64,000 bases of DNA. Origin: Candidatus Heimdallarchaeum aukensis. GTDB taxonomy: Archaea > Asgardarchaeota > Heimdallarchaeia > Heimdallarchaeales > Heimdallarchaeaceae. Location of the stretch: positions 1,696,001 to 1,760,000 of the forward strand of contig CP084166.1 of the NCBI GenBank assembly GCA_021513695.1. The letters run 5' to 3'. The position numbers and the translations under genes are program-made. Position 1 is the first letter of the stretch, and every line of letters starts with the position of its first letter. The notes under the pieces are model-generated. The model had not been told where the DNA came from. It was given only the letters and a program-made list of their open reading frames with translations, and did not search any database. This document shows positions 56,367 through 64,000 of the stretch, in pieces.

Positions 56367-57710
56367 TTAATCCTTTCTCAATTTTACTATGAAAAAGCCT
56401 TCTGTATTATGTAAGCTAGGAGTTAACATTTGTGCTTTATTTTCAAGTGATTCTATTCTTATCCCTATCATCGGTTCCATTTTTTCGATACTAAAATTTG
56501 TGTTCTTGGAGAGAAACTCCTCTATTACATATACATTTTCATCTTTAAATATTGAACAAGTTGAGTAGGTAATTTCTCCTCCGTCCTTAAGTACTCTTGC
56601 TGATTCATCCAACAACTTCTTTTGAATAGCTGTATAAAATTTCAGATCTCTCTTTTCCAATCGAAATTTCGTTTCAGGCCGGGTAGAATAAGTCCCAGAA
56701 CCTGTACATGGCGGATCAAGAAGTATTTTGTTAAACTTATTATTGAATAAACTTGATATCATTCTTGAATCAGTGTTTATAATCTCAATTCCATTAACTC
56801 CTAGAAGATCCATTCTCTTTTTTAAGATAGATACTCTTCGTTCATTTAACTCACAAGCAAAAATATTGTTTCCTGAATTATTTAGTGCAGCTAAATGAGA
56901 AGTTTTTTGTCCTGGTGCAGCACATACATCTAGAATAAGATCATGAGGCTTTGGTTTTACGATTAAAGAAACCAATGCTGAAGATTTTTGTTGAATTACT
57001 ATTTTTCCATTTTTGAAAATATCTAATCTAGGAAGAGCTACTGGAGACTTTTTAATTTGTATTAAGTTTGGTATATCCTTATCAACTTCATATTCAATGT
57101 CAAAAGAGGTTAATACTTGCTCTATTTCCTTCATTTCAGATTTTAAGGTGTTTACCCTTATGTATGTCGGAAGAACAGTTTGGATAGAATTAAGAAAATC
57201 CAGTGAAAAGTTCTCTCCCCATTGAGAAAATAACTTTCTGATGATCCATGTTGGAGTGTAATATTTCAGGGATAATAGGCTGATTTCATCTTTATTTCTT
57301 TCTAACATCTGCATTGACACAGATTCAATATTCTTCACAATGCCTTCAAAATCAAAATTTTTGTTGTTATTGAAGAGAGTGTTGAACTCTTTTTTTATGT
57401 CTCCTAACATCGAACTGTACACTTGAGCATATTTAACAATAAAAGTGATTAAACGTAACAATGCCTTTTTTTCGAATGAGAGTTTCTTTAGTGAGAAATA
57501 AGAAGAACTTTCTTTTATATAAAGATCTATCACATTTAATTTCCCAATAATATTAAAAACGAAGTAGTATATCCTTGCTTCTTCATCTTTGTTCAATGTA
57601 TATTCAGATCTAACCCTATTCATTGCGTTTCGAATAGAATCTCCCTTTTCTACTTGAACCAATGCAGAAAGAATGGGTTTTATGATTATGTTCATGTCGC
57701 TCCCTCTCAT
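56367..57710 (-). CDS. NOL1/NOP2/Sun-family RNA cytosine-C5 methyltransferase
   Basis: SAM motif DLILDVCAAPGQKTSHLA, catalytic ILLDPPCTGSGT and TYSTCSI motifs. N-terminal NusB-like region. Confidence 0.85.
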   Translation of the reverse strand: MRGSDMNIIIKPILSALVQVEKGDSIRNAMNRVRSEYTLNKDEEARIYYFVFNIIGKLNVIDLYIKESSSYFSLKKLSFEKKALLRLITFIVKYAQVYSSMLGDIKKEFNTLFNNNKNFDFEGIVKNIESVSMQMLERNKDEISLLSLKYYTPTWIIRKLFSQWGENFSLDFLNSIQTVLPTYIRVNTLKSEMKEIEQVLTSFDIEYEVDKDIPNLIQIKKSPVALPRLDIFKNGKIVIQQKSSALVSLIVKPKPHDLILDVCAAPGQKTSHLAALNNSGNNIFACELNERRVSILKKRMDLLGVNGIEIINTDSRMISSLFNNKFNKILLDPPCTGSGTYSTRPETKFRLEKRDLKFYTAIQKKLLDESARVLKDGGEITYSTCSIFKDENVYVIEEFLSKNTNFSIEKMEPMIGIRIESLENKAQMLTPSLHNTEGFFIVKLRKD

Positions 57711-57734
57711 TTTCAGCTTTTGTCTTAATTTACA

Positions 57735-58544
57735 TTAGTATTGGTCATAATCATGAGGAGTTTTTAATTTTATTGAATCTTGAGGGAGAAATAGCGTTGG
57801 TATCTCAACATCCAGCTGAATTGTTTGTGCAAGTTTTCTAAGTAATATATTCAAATAGTCAATGTGGTTCAAATATATTAGGTTTAAGTTTGCCTTTTTG
57901 TACAAAGGCAACTTTTGTGAATTTATATGAAAAGAGATTACAGTATCCACACCCGAATCCTTTATTACAAATATATCATCTATGGTAAATGGAGCAGAAG
58001 GATTTTCTACAATTAGTTTGGAGTTATCATCTTTCAAATCTAAAGACACCCAATTTTTTGAGAGATGAGAGAGAGATGTCATGAATTCGTCAAAAGAAAT
58101 AGGTGATACAGAGAATATTGTACTATTAGAATTATGTAAAGTGATAGGTTCTTCATCGAGATAATTCATCCCAATTGTATTTAGAAAATACTGAAAACCA
58201 GTTTTAAACAGCCAACTACGTGAAATATTGATTGTAATAATATTGTTAATTGCTAATGTCCTTATTAATTCATATTCTTTATCAATAAGCTGACCTTTCT
58301 CAGCCTTTGCAAAAGGTATAGACTCTGCTTTTAATACAAGATTCAATTTGTTTTCTAACATAAAACCGATATTGCTATTCGAAAAATAAGGAGTAACTAA
58401 TATACCAGATACATGAAGAGCTTTCAATCTTTCTTCATTAGTTGGAGCAAACTCAACAATAAAAGCTTGAGAGGACATATTATCAGTAATAAATGTTCTC
58501 TTGAGCTGTTTAAGAAATTGATAGAGTGAAGTGACCATGAACAA
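57735..58544 (-). CDS. Hypothetical protein embedded in the preQ0 cluster
   Basis: 269 aa. No motif recognised. Confidence 0.3.
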   Translation of the reverse strand: MFMVTSLYQFLKQLKRTFITDNMSSQAFIVEFAPTNEERLKALHVSGILVTPYFSNSNIGFMLENKLNLVLKAESIPFAKAEKGQLIDKEYELIRTLAINNIITINISRSWLFKTGFQYFLNTIGMNYLDEEPITLHNSNSTIFSVSPISFDEFMTSLSHLSKNWVSLDLKDDNSKLIVENPSAPFTIDDIFVIKDSGVDTVISFHINSQKLPLYKKANLNLIYLNHIDYLNILLRKLAQTIQLDVEIPTLFLPQDSIKLKTPHDYDQY

Positions 58545-58590
58545 CGAATCATAAGAATGAATAAAAAAGATTTGGATAAAAATGGTTTTT

Positions 58591-59052
58591 TTATTCAGAA
58601 AAAACAGCTATACTTGTTGGAGTTTCCGATATAGAAACTGTGATTTTTAATTCTGGATAATTTTCTTTAATTAGATTATGGATATATCTTGCTAACAATT
58701 CTGCAGTAGTAGCTTCAATAGGAAGAATCAGCACATCTTCTTTTGGAAAACGATAATATTTATTTTCTGTAGTTAAAATTTTTACTTCCCGTTCATCAGT
58801 GGTTATATTAAATTCTTTACTATGTAAAGGCACTAGTACCTTATGATCAAATTGTTTTACGATGTTCTTAACTTTAGTTTTAAATTCTCCAAAATCTACC
58901 ACCATCTTTTTTTCATTTAACTGACCTTCGGCCTCAACCTTTAATCTATAGTTGTGCCCATGCAATCTAGAGCACTTATCATGGTGAGACAATATATGAG
59001 CTGCTGAAAACGAAAGTTTATCTCCTGAAATTTGTATCTTCATTTTTATCAC
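58591..59052 (-). CDS. queD: 6-carboxy-5,6,7,8-tetrahydropterin synthase QueD (PTPS family)
   Basis: FSAAHILSHHDKCSRLHGHNYRLKVE zinc/catalytic motif. Confidence 0.85.
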   Translation of the reverse strand: MIKMKIQISGDKLSFSAAHILSHHDKCSRLHGHNYRLKVEAEGQLNEKKMVVDFGEFKTKVKNIVKQFDHKVLVPLHSKEFNITTDEREVKILTTENKYYRFPKEDVLILPIEATTAELLARYIHNLIKENYPELKITVSISETPTSIAVFSE

Positions 59053-59672
59053 TTGATTACTCTTGTTTTAACAATGTCATGTTTAACTTTATCTATTTCT
59101 TGAACATATTTTTTTGCTACAGAAATCGCGAATGACAATAGCTCTTCCTCTGAGAAACCTATTTCTTTTAAGCCTATTGCTTGAACATGGTTAGGCACTC
59201 CATCACTTGAGATGTTTATTCCAAAATGAATTTTTCCGCTATTTCCTCCTATTGTTGCAATACCCACATTTAGTTTTTTTCCATTAACGTAAATATCAGT
59301 TCCTTTACGTTGAATTAAGTTAACACCTTTTTCAACTAATGATTCTATAACAACAATTGTTAAAATTCTAAGTCTATAATACATAATTTCTAGATTTGGT
59401 GGCTGAACATCAAATTCTTCAACTATAAAATGAATTGCATCATCAGAACTAATTAGAACTTTAGCTAAATGAAATTCATTTAAAATATCTTTTAGATCAA
59501 GCATTTCTTTTGGGGTTAGTTTCATATCACCTCTAAATATAAGTACACTATTTCCAGGAACATTATAGTGTTCATATGTGTATAGAGACTGAATCTGTGA
59601 ACCATCGTAGCATATCTTTTCATTGAAATCCAGATATTTGATTGTATAATCTTCTAGTTTTTCTTCACTCAT
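59049..59672 (-). CDS. Hypothetical protein embedded in the preQ0 cluster
   Basis: 207 aa. Overlaps queD by 4 bp and folE2 by 8 bp (operonic). No motif recognised. Confidence 0.3.
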   Translation of the reverse strand: MSEEKLEDYTIKYLDFNEKICYDGSQIQSLYTYEHYNVPGNSVLIFRGDMKLTPKEMLDLKDILNEFHLAKVLISSDDAIHFIVEEFDVQPPNLEIMYYRLRILTIVVIESLVEKGVNLIQRKGTDIYVNGKKLNVGIATIGGNSGKIHFGINISSDGVPNHVQAIGLKEIGFSEEELLSFAISVAKKYVQEIDKVKHDIVKTRVIK

Positions 59673-60627
59673 CTTTTTTTTCCTCCAAGAGCTCTTTCTT
59701 CAAGTCTCCAATAGTTGTGCAAACTTCAGCTACTGCATCATGTTGGTGAATACTTTCATAATTAATCTGTTTTGCATATACTTGTACTTCATCGGGTAAA
59801 TGCCCAAACTTGAAAACTACATTCTGTAATAATGTTCTGATTACGTCTTCTACGAAACCAGGTTTTTTGTGAGCGTATAACACTACTGCTTGTTCATCTT
59901 TTCTTTTTAACACTTCATGAATTGGAGCGCTCATACTTATTTCCATTAGTGCTATAATATCATCTAACTCAATTCTCGGAGAGTCTTCAGGTAATTCAAA
60001 AAGAAGTATTGCTTTTGATCTTTGATTGTGTGCAGCAAGTGGAATTATATCCAAAATTTCATTAATTTGTTCATCTGAATAACCTTTTTTCTTTAATTGT
60101 TCTTTAGCAAAATCACGCGATAATTCCTCTGAACAGGGACAAACTGTAGTTCCTTGTACTTCAGCGCCTATAATTTTTTTAATTCTGATTTCTCCATTAA
60201 TAACTTCAGCTTTTGCTCCAGCTTTTAATTTATGAACACTTGATTTTTTCTTAAGCAAAGGTTCAGAAAAAGTTTCAGCTTCATAATCAGCTTCAAGTTT
60301 CACTTCTGAAAATTTAGCTCCATCTTGTATTTCTATAACTTTTCTTGCTATTCGGGAGCATAATACTTCTGTATCTGAAATAACTTCGCTCAGTAGTTCT
60401 GCCGTCACTTCATTTATTGCTTCAATATTTCGTGACATGTGTATTCCTCTTTGTGTAGAAACAAGGTCTACATACACATCTATTTTAGCTGATAACTCAT
60501 TATACGAGTTCTTCCATTTTCTTCTAATTATTTTAGGTATATTACTAACACCTACTCGCTGTAAACTTAACTTTATTAGTGCTTTATCAGCTTGCACATC
60601 AGAAATAATTTCACTATTTAAACTCAT
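59665..60627 (-). CDS. folE2: GTP cyclohydrolase FolE2/MptA family (GCYH-IB type)
   Basis: LVSTQRGIHMSR and TTVCPCSEELS signature motifs of the DUF198 GTP cyclohydrolase family. Confidence 0.75.
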   Translation of the reverse strand: MSLNSEIISDVQADKALIKLSLQRVGVSNIPKIIRRKWKNSYNELSAKIDVYVDLVSTQRGIHMSRNIEAINEVTAELLSEVISDTEVLCSRIARKVIEIQDGAKFSEVKLEADYEAETFSEPLLKKKSSVHKLKAGAKAEVINGEIRIKKIIGAEVQGTTVCPCSEELSRDFAKEQLKKKGYSDEQINEILDIIPLAAHNQRSKAILLFELPEDSPRIELDDIIALMEISMSAPIHEVLKRKDEQAVVLYAHKKPGFVEDVIRTLLQNVVFKFGHLPDEVQVYAKQINYESIHQHDAVAEVCTTIGDLKKELLEEKKDE

Positions 60628-60635
60628 TTTTTCAC

Positions 60636-61460
60636 CTACAAGATATTGATTAATTTATGAACTTGAACTGAAAGTCCGATTTTTTCTGAAGAAAGATATT
60701 CACCTGCTATCTCGGTAAAAGACCTAATTTTTTTCCATGCGGGAGGTTGAATTTCAAGTCCTTTCTTTGGAGTAACAGGTTGAATTACTAAAGGGATTTG
60801 ATGCTTACCACACATACTAGAAATATAACGAAAATCTTCTTCAGTTGATTTGTTAGAGATTACAACTTTTGCAAATACTTTTACGCCATTTTTTTGAAGA
60901 ATTCTGCACATTTTGAGTTCTTGTTCAGCTAGTTTTTTCCAATCTTTAGCTGACTGTGCACTCCTATCTTTAATATCTACACAAGCGTAATCAATTTTAC
61001 TGGAAACCATCTCTAATTCACTAAGATTTTCAGTATAAGCTGTTTCCAAATATAAAAGATACCCCCGTTTCTTTAATTCATCAATAAGATTTGAGACGAA
61101 ATCAACCTGTAACAAGGGCTCTCCTCCCGTTAAACTAATAGAATGAAGATCTGGTGTTTTTAGGTTTTCTATAATTTCTACTAGTTGAGCGACTGAAATA
61201 GGGTTCTCAACTTTTTTAAATTCTTGCTCTCCAGCCTTCTTTTCAACAAAAAAGATTTTTGGTTTTAATATCTGAGCTTTGGGGCTATCACACCACACGC
61301 AACCTTTTGTTCCACAAGCCCCAAGTGCCAAAGGACAGCCTGCAAAACGGACAAATATCTGTCTTAAACCATAACAGCTACCAGAAAGTGAAGCACCTTC
61401 ACCTTGGAAAGAAGAGAATATTTCTTGTATAAAACCGTATTTAGTTAGCTCTTTTTTCAT
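60636..61460 (-). CDS. queE: 7-carboxy-7-deazaguanine synthase QueE (radical SAM)
   Basis: EIFSSFQGEGASLSG and VRFAGCPLALGACGTKGCVWCDS cluster motif. Confidence 0.8.
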   Translation of the reverse strand: MKKELTKYGFIQEIFSSFQGEGASLSGSCYGLRQIFVRFAGCPLALGACGTKGCVWCDSPKAQILKPKIFFVEKKAGEQEFKKVENPISVAQLVEIIENLKTPDLHSISLTGGEPLLQVDFVSNLIDELKKRGYLLYLETAYTENLSELEMVSSKIDYACVDIKDRSAQSAKDWKKLAEQELKMCRILQKNGVKVFAKVVISNKSTEEDFRYISSMCGKHQIPLVIQPVTPKKGLEIQPPAWKKIRSFTEIAGEYLSSEKIGLSVQVHKLINIL

Positions 61461-61564
61461 TACTAGAAAACATATTTAGGGGTAAATAAAAATTCTCTTT
61501 TAACAGAAGAATAATTTTTCAAATTTACAAATAAAAAAATTAGAAAAGACGAAGGGTAAACAGT

Positions 61565-62398
61565 TCACTCATATTTTCTTTTAATTGCTGACAATACTCT
61601 TTCTTGCCAGTCAACTAGCTTTTCAGCGAGCTCTTTATGTAAATCGGGGTGTAAGGGGGCATCAGCTTTAAGTTTATCTATTTTTTTCAACCAACTATTA
61701 ATTTCATACAACATTGGGCTCATGCCCACGCTCGTTTCTACTTCATCACGCAACTCTTCAAGGTACTTTAGAACAGAGCTAGATATGGATTGTGGACTTA
61801 TCATTTGAGATATGTGTTTAAACTTATTCTTTATTGCGTCCATTGCAACTTGTGCATCAGCAGCAGCAGTAGAGATAACAGGTTCTTCTGCTATTCCGGG
61901 TGAGGTATATTCTGTACTAGTTTCTTTTTGGGGAGCATGTTCTTTTATCTCAAAATCATTGTTAAGTACTTCAGAACTAGATAAAGTAGTTGCAGGGGTA
62001 GGCTCTGAAGGAACTGGTTTAGGTTCAATCTTTTTAGAAATTTCTTGTTTTGATGCAACCTCAACTAATTTTTTATCAAGATTTGCAGTTAATTGCTCAA
62101 TCTTTGTTTCTAAAATTCCTAAAATATTTCGAATTGAAGGTATATCTGTAAGATATTGTAAATTTTCCAAGGAACCATTTGCTAATTTATCACTAACAAG
62201 AGAAAAAGTTTCGATCTTAGTTTTTATGTCATCAACTTTTGCATTCAATTCATTTAAATTAAATCCTGCTATTTGTTTCTCAAAATTTGATAATTGTTCA
62301 GAAAAATGACTTATTGTATTTTGAATTGCGTTTACAGATTCTGCTAGGGTGTTGATTGAATTAACTAATTCTACAAGTTTATTTTCAACATCACTCAT
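61565..62398 (-). CDS. Hypothetical coiled-coil protein with Pro/Thr-rich linker (paralog of 5079..5999)
   Basis: N-terminus KLVELVNSINTLAESVNAIQNTISHFSEQLSNFEKQI aligns with KSLVNSVAVLKEMVENIVKVVQKRFEEFEKEI of the 5079 protein. Then KIEPKPVPSEPTPATTLSS linker and helical C-terminus. Confidence 0.45.
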   Translation of the reverse strand: MSDVENKLVELVNSINTLAESVNAIQNTISHFSEQLSNFEKQIAGFNLNELNAKVDDIKTKIETFSLVSDKLANGSLENLQYLTDIPSIRNILGILETKIEQLTANLDKKLVEVASKQEISKKIEPKPVPSEPTPATTLSSSEVLNNDFEIKEHAPQKETSTEYTSPGIAEEPVISTAAADAQVAMDAIKNKFKHISQMISPQSISSSVLKYLEELRDEVETSVGMSPMLYEINSWLKKIDKLKADAPLHPDLHKELAEKLVDWQERVLSAIKRKYE

Positions 62399-62967
62399 TT
62401 AATTTCACTTACTTGATTTTAATATATATAACTATAAAAAATTTATTGCAAGAGTAATATTTATTTTTTTTAATAACGGTCTATATTCTCACTCGTTTTT
62501 ATAAGAAAATACTTTTTAGATTACAAAAAAAGGCGTAGATTCGATTAAATCTTATTTTTAGGAGAAGTCATAGCTTAAATAAAAATAGAAATAAAGATGA
62601 CTGATCATCTTTTTTGAAGTTCAAGCAGTATTAACAACAAGGCAGCAATTACACCTTTTTCATCACCAGCTAATTTTTTGAATTCATCACGCTCAAGCAT
62701 TTGAGCTACACTTCGCCATTGAATTAGAAGTTGAATAAGTTCTCTTTCCGACATAGCTATCAACGAAATAAATGTACAAATTAAATTGATAAGTTTTGTG
62801 TAAGAAAAAACAAAAAATTAAAAAGTCCTAACAGCTCACCAAAGCACAAAAAGCGTAAGATCTTGTGAATCGCTTTAAAAAATAAAAAAACAGAATTAAC
62901 ATAAAGGATAAAAATAAGAAAGATGTAAAAGAATTATTAATAGAGAAATTATCAAGGAAGAATCAAT

Positions 62968-63438
62968 ATGAGCTTGGATGAAGAAGAATTTTTTGCAAGA
63001 TTAGCTATTGAAGCAAATGAATTAAAACGTGAGCTTCCTACTTTTAAACCAGTTGATGGAGATATGACTCATTTACGTGGATTTATTTTTGGAACAGGAC
63101 TTTATGAAGGAGGAGTATTTGTTTTAGACATAATCATCCCTAGAGAATACCCATTTAAACCACCAAAAGTAGAATGTTTAACAAAAATTTTTCATCCTAA
63201 CTTCTTTAATAGAAGAATTTGTGTAGGGGTTTTAGGCGCAGATTGGACACCAGCAAATAACCTTGTTGATGTAATTGAGAGCATACGATTTTTGCTTGGT
63301 GAACCAAATCCTGACGATCCTTTAAATTCCACGGCAGCCAACTTAATGAAAAGAGATCTTAAAGCATTTGAACAAAAAGCCAGAGAATACGTGGAAAAAT
63401 ACGCATCATTTAGTCAAATACAAGAATATGGTTTATAA
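62968..63438 (+). CDS. Ubiquitin-conjugating enzyme E2 (catalytically competent UBC domain)
   Basis: FHPNFFNRRICVGVLGADWTPANNLVDVIESIRFLLGEPNPDDPLN: HPN, active-site Cys, Trp and PNPDDPL all present. 156 aa. Confidence 0.85.
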   Translation: MSLDEEEFFARLAIEANELKRELPTFKPVDGDMTHLRGFIFGTGLYEGGVFVLDIIIPREYPFKPPKVECLTKIFHPNFFNRRICVGVLGADWTPANNLVDVIESIRFLLGEPNPDDPLNSTAANLMKRDLKAFEQKAREYVEKYASFSQIQEYGL

Positions 63439-63736
63439 AAAAGATTTTTTTGTTCTTCTTTGAAAAACAGATTGGCGTACAAAAAATTGTACAAAAATCA
63501 AGTTGATGTAGTAGACTATTGAGAGCTTGAATAAAGATATCAATTATTTTTTTAATCTACTTACACAAATAAAAAAGTATTTTCAACAACTTGTTTTTCT
63601 TAAATATCCACTGTAATACGTGTGTGTTGTTTCTAATGTTACTTATTTTAAATTGTGTTAAGTACTAAGGTAGTATGAACAACTGTGTTCATAAAATAAT
63701 ATATCGTACAAATAAACTAGTTTAGGAAGTGAAAAA

Positions 63737-64000
63737 TTGAACCTTGATCAAGTAAAAGGAGTAATTGAGATTGCAGGAGTGAAGTTTAGTGCAGCTCAAT
63801 TAATAGAAAGTTTAGTAGATCAAGGTTTTTCAGTTTCTTTTATTAACGGGAATTTACGTGTTGGGCAAAGATTCTTAAAACCAGAAGTTTTTATTGACGA
63901 AGAATATAAAACGTGCCCAATTATTGATATATGTAAAAAGTATGATGAAATTATTAAGGATGCAAAAAGAAAAATTCAATTTCCCCAATATATCAACAAT
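63737..64000 (+). CDS. Hypothetical protein, N-terminal fragment (runs off the window end)
   Basis: TTG-initiated frame LNLDQVKGVIEIAGVKFSAAQLIESLVDQGFSVSFINGNLRVGQRF... No family recognised. Confidence 0.25.
   Translation, partial: MNLDQVKGVIEIAGVKFSAAQLIESLVDQGFSVSFINGNLRVGQRFLKPEVFIDEEYKTCPIIDICKKYDEIIKDAKRKIQFPQYINN

Noticed and set aside
62615-62755. 49-aa minus-strand ORF (MSERELIQLLIQWRSVAQMLERDEFKKLAGDEKGVIAALLLILLELQKR) in the gap upstream of the E2 gene
   Set aside because: Below the size where sequence alone is convincing, and no recognisable motif. Could be a small helical protein. Kept as unannotated.
1-64000. Search for tRNA, rRNA and CRISPR arrays
   Set aside because: By-eye scan of all intergenic regions and GC-richer islands found no cloverleaf-compatible GC stems or T-loop (GTTCRANYC) motifs, no rRNA-like segments and no repeat-spacer arrays. 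A tRNAscan-SE/Infernal run is needed for certainty.

Overview
The window is AT-rich (roughly 30% GC by eye), gene-dense archaeal DNA. The coding complement points to an Asgard (Lokiarchaeia-like) archaeon. Supporting this are two Ras/Rab-like small GTPases, a Roadblock/LC7 protein, a gelsolin-domain protein, a canonical ubiquitin E2 and a UEV (inactive E2) coiled-coil protein of the TSG101/Vps23 type, an Alg7/AglH GlcNAc-1-P transferase and a large WD40 protein. The archaeal information-processing core is present: exosome Rrp41/Rrp4 with SBDS, ABCE1/RLI, IleRS, aIF2-gamma, TFB, RpoE-Spt4, RNase P Pop5/Rpp30, KEOPS Pcc1 and ribosomal proteins L15e, S15, S3Ae, S6e, S24e, S27ae, S13, S4 and S11. 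Other recognisable content: a preQ0/archaeosine cluster (QueE-FolE2-QueD-QueC, with an embedded NSUN methyltransferase and two unknown genes); a thiolase-DUF35 pair; Hbd; triosephosphate isomerase; Nth; an Fpg/Nei glycosylase; Ham1; dCMP deaminase. Features that stand out: (1) a tight minus-strand operon of Roadblock/LC7, a Walker-A-degenerate KaiC/RecA-like pseudo-ATPase and a coiled-coil winged-helix protein; (2) a 765-aa TrmB-like protein with a roughly 500-aa coiled-coil insert; (3) two paralogous proteins with an N-terminal coiled coil and a Pro/Thr-rich linker, one carrying perfect 39/60-bp tandem repeats; (4) an apparently recent IS6-family insertion (GC-richer than its surroundings, 10-bp target-site duplication) immediately upstream of the tfb promoter; (5) a candidate C/D box sRNA; (6) an inactivated DHH (RecJ/Cdc45-like) protein next to rps15. 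No tRNA, rRNA or CRISPR array was found by eye. All functional calls are from motif and family recognition by eye; no searches were run.
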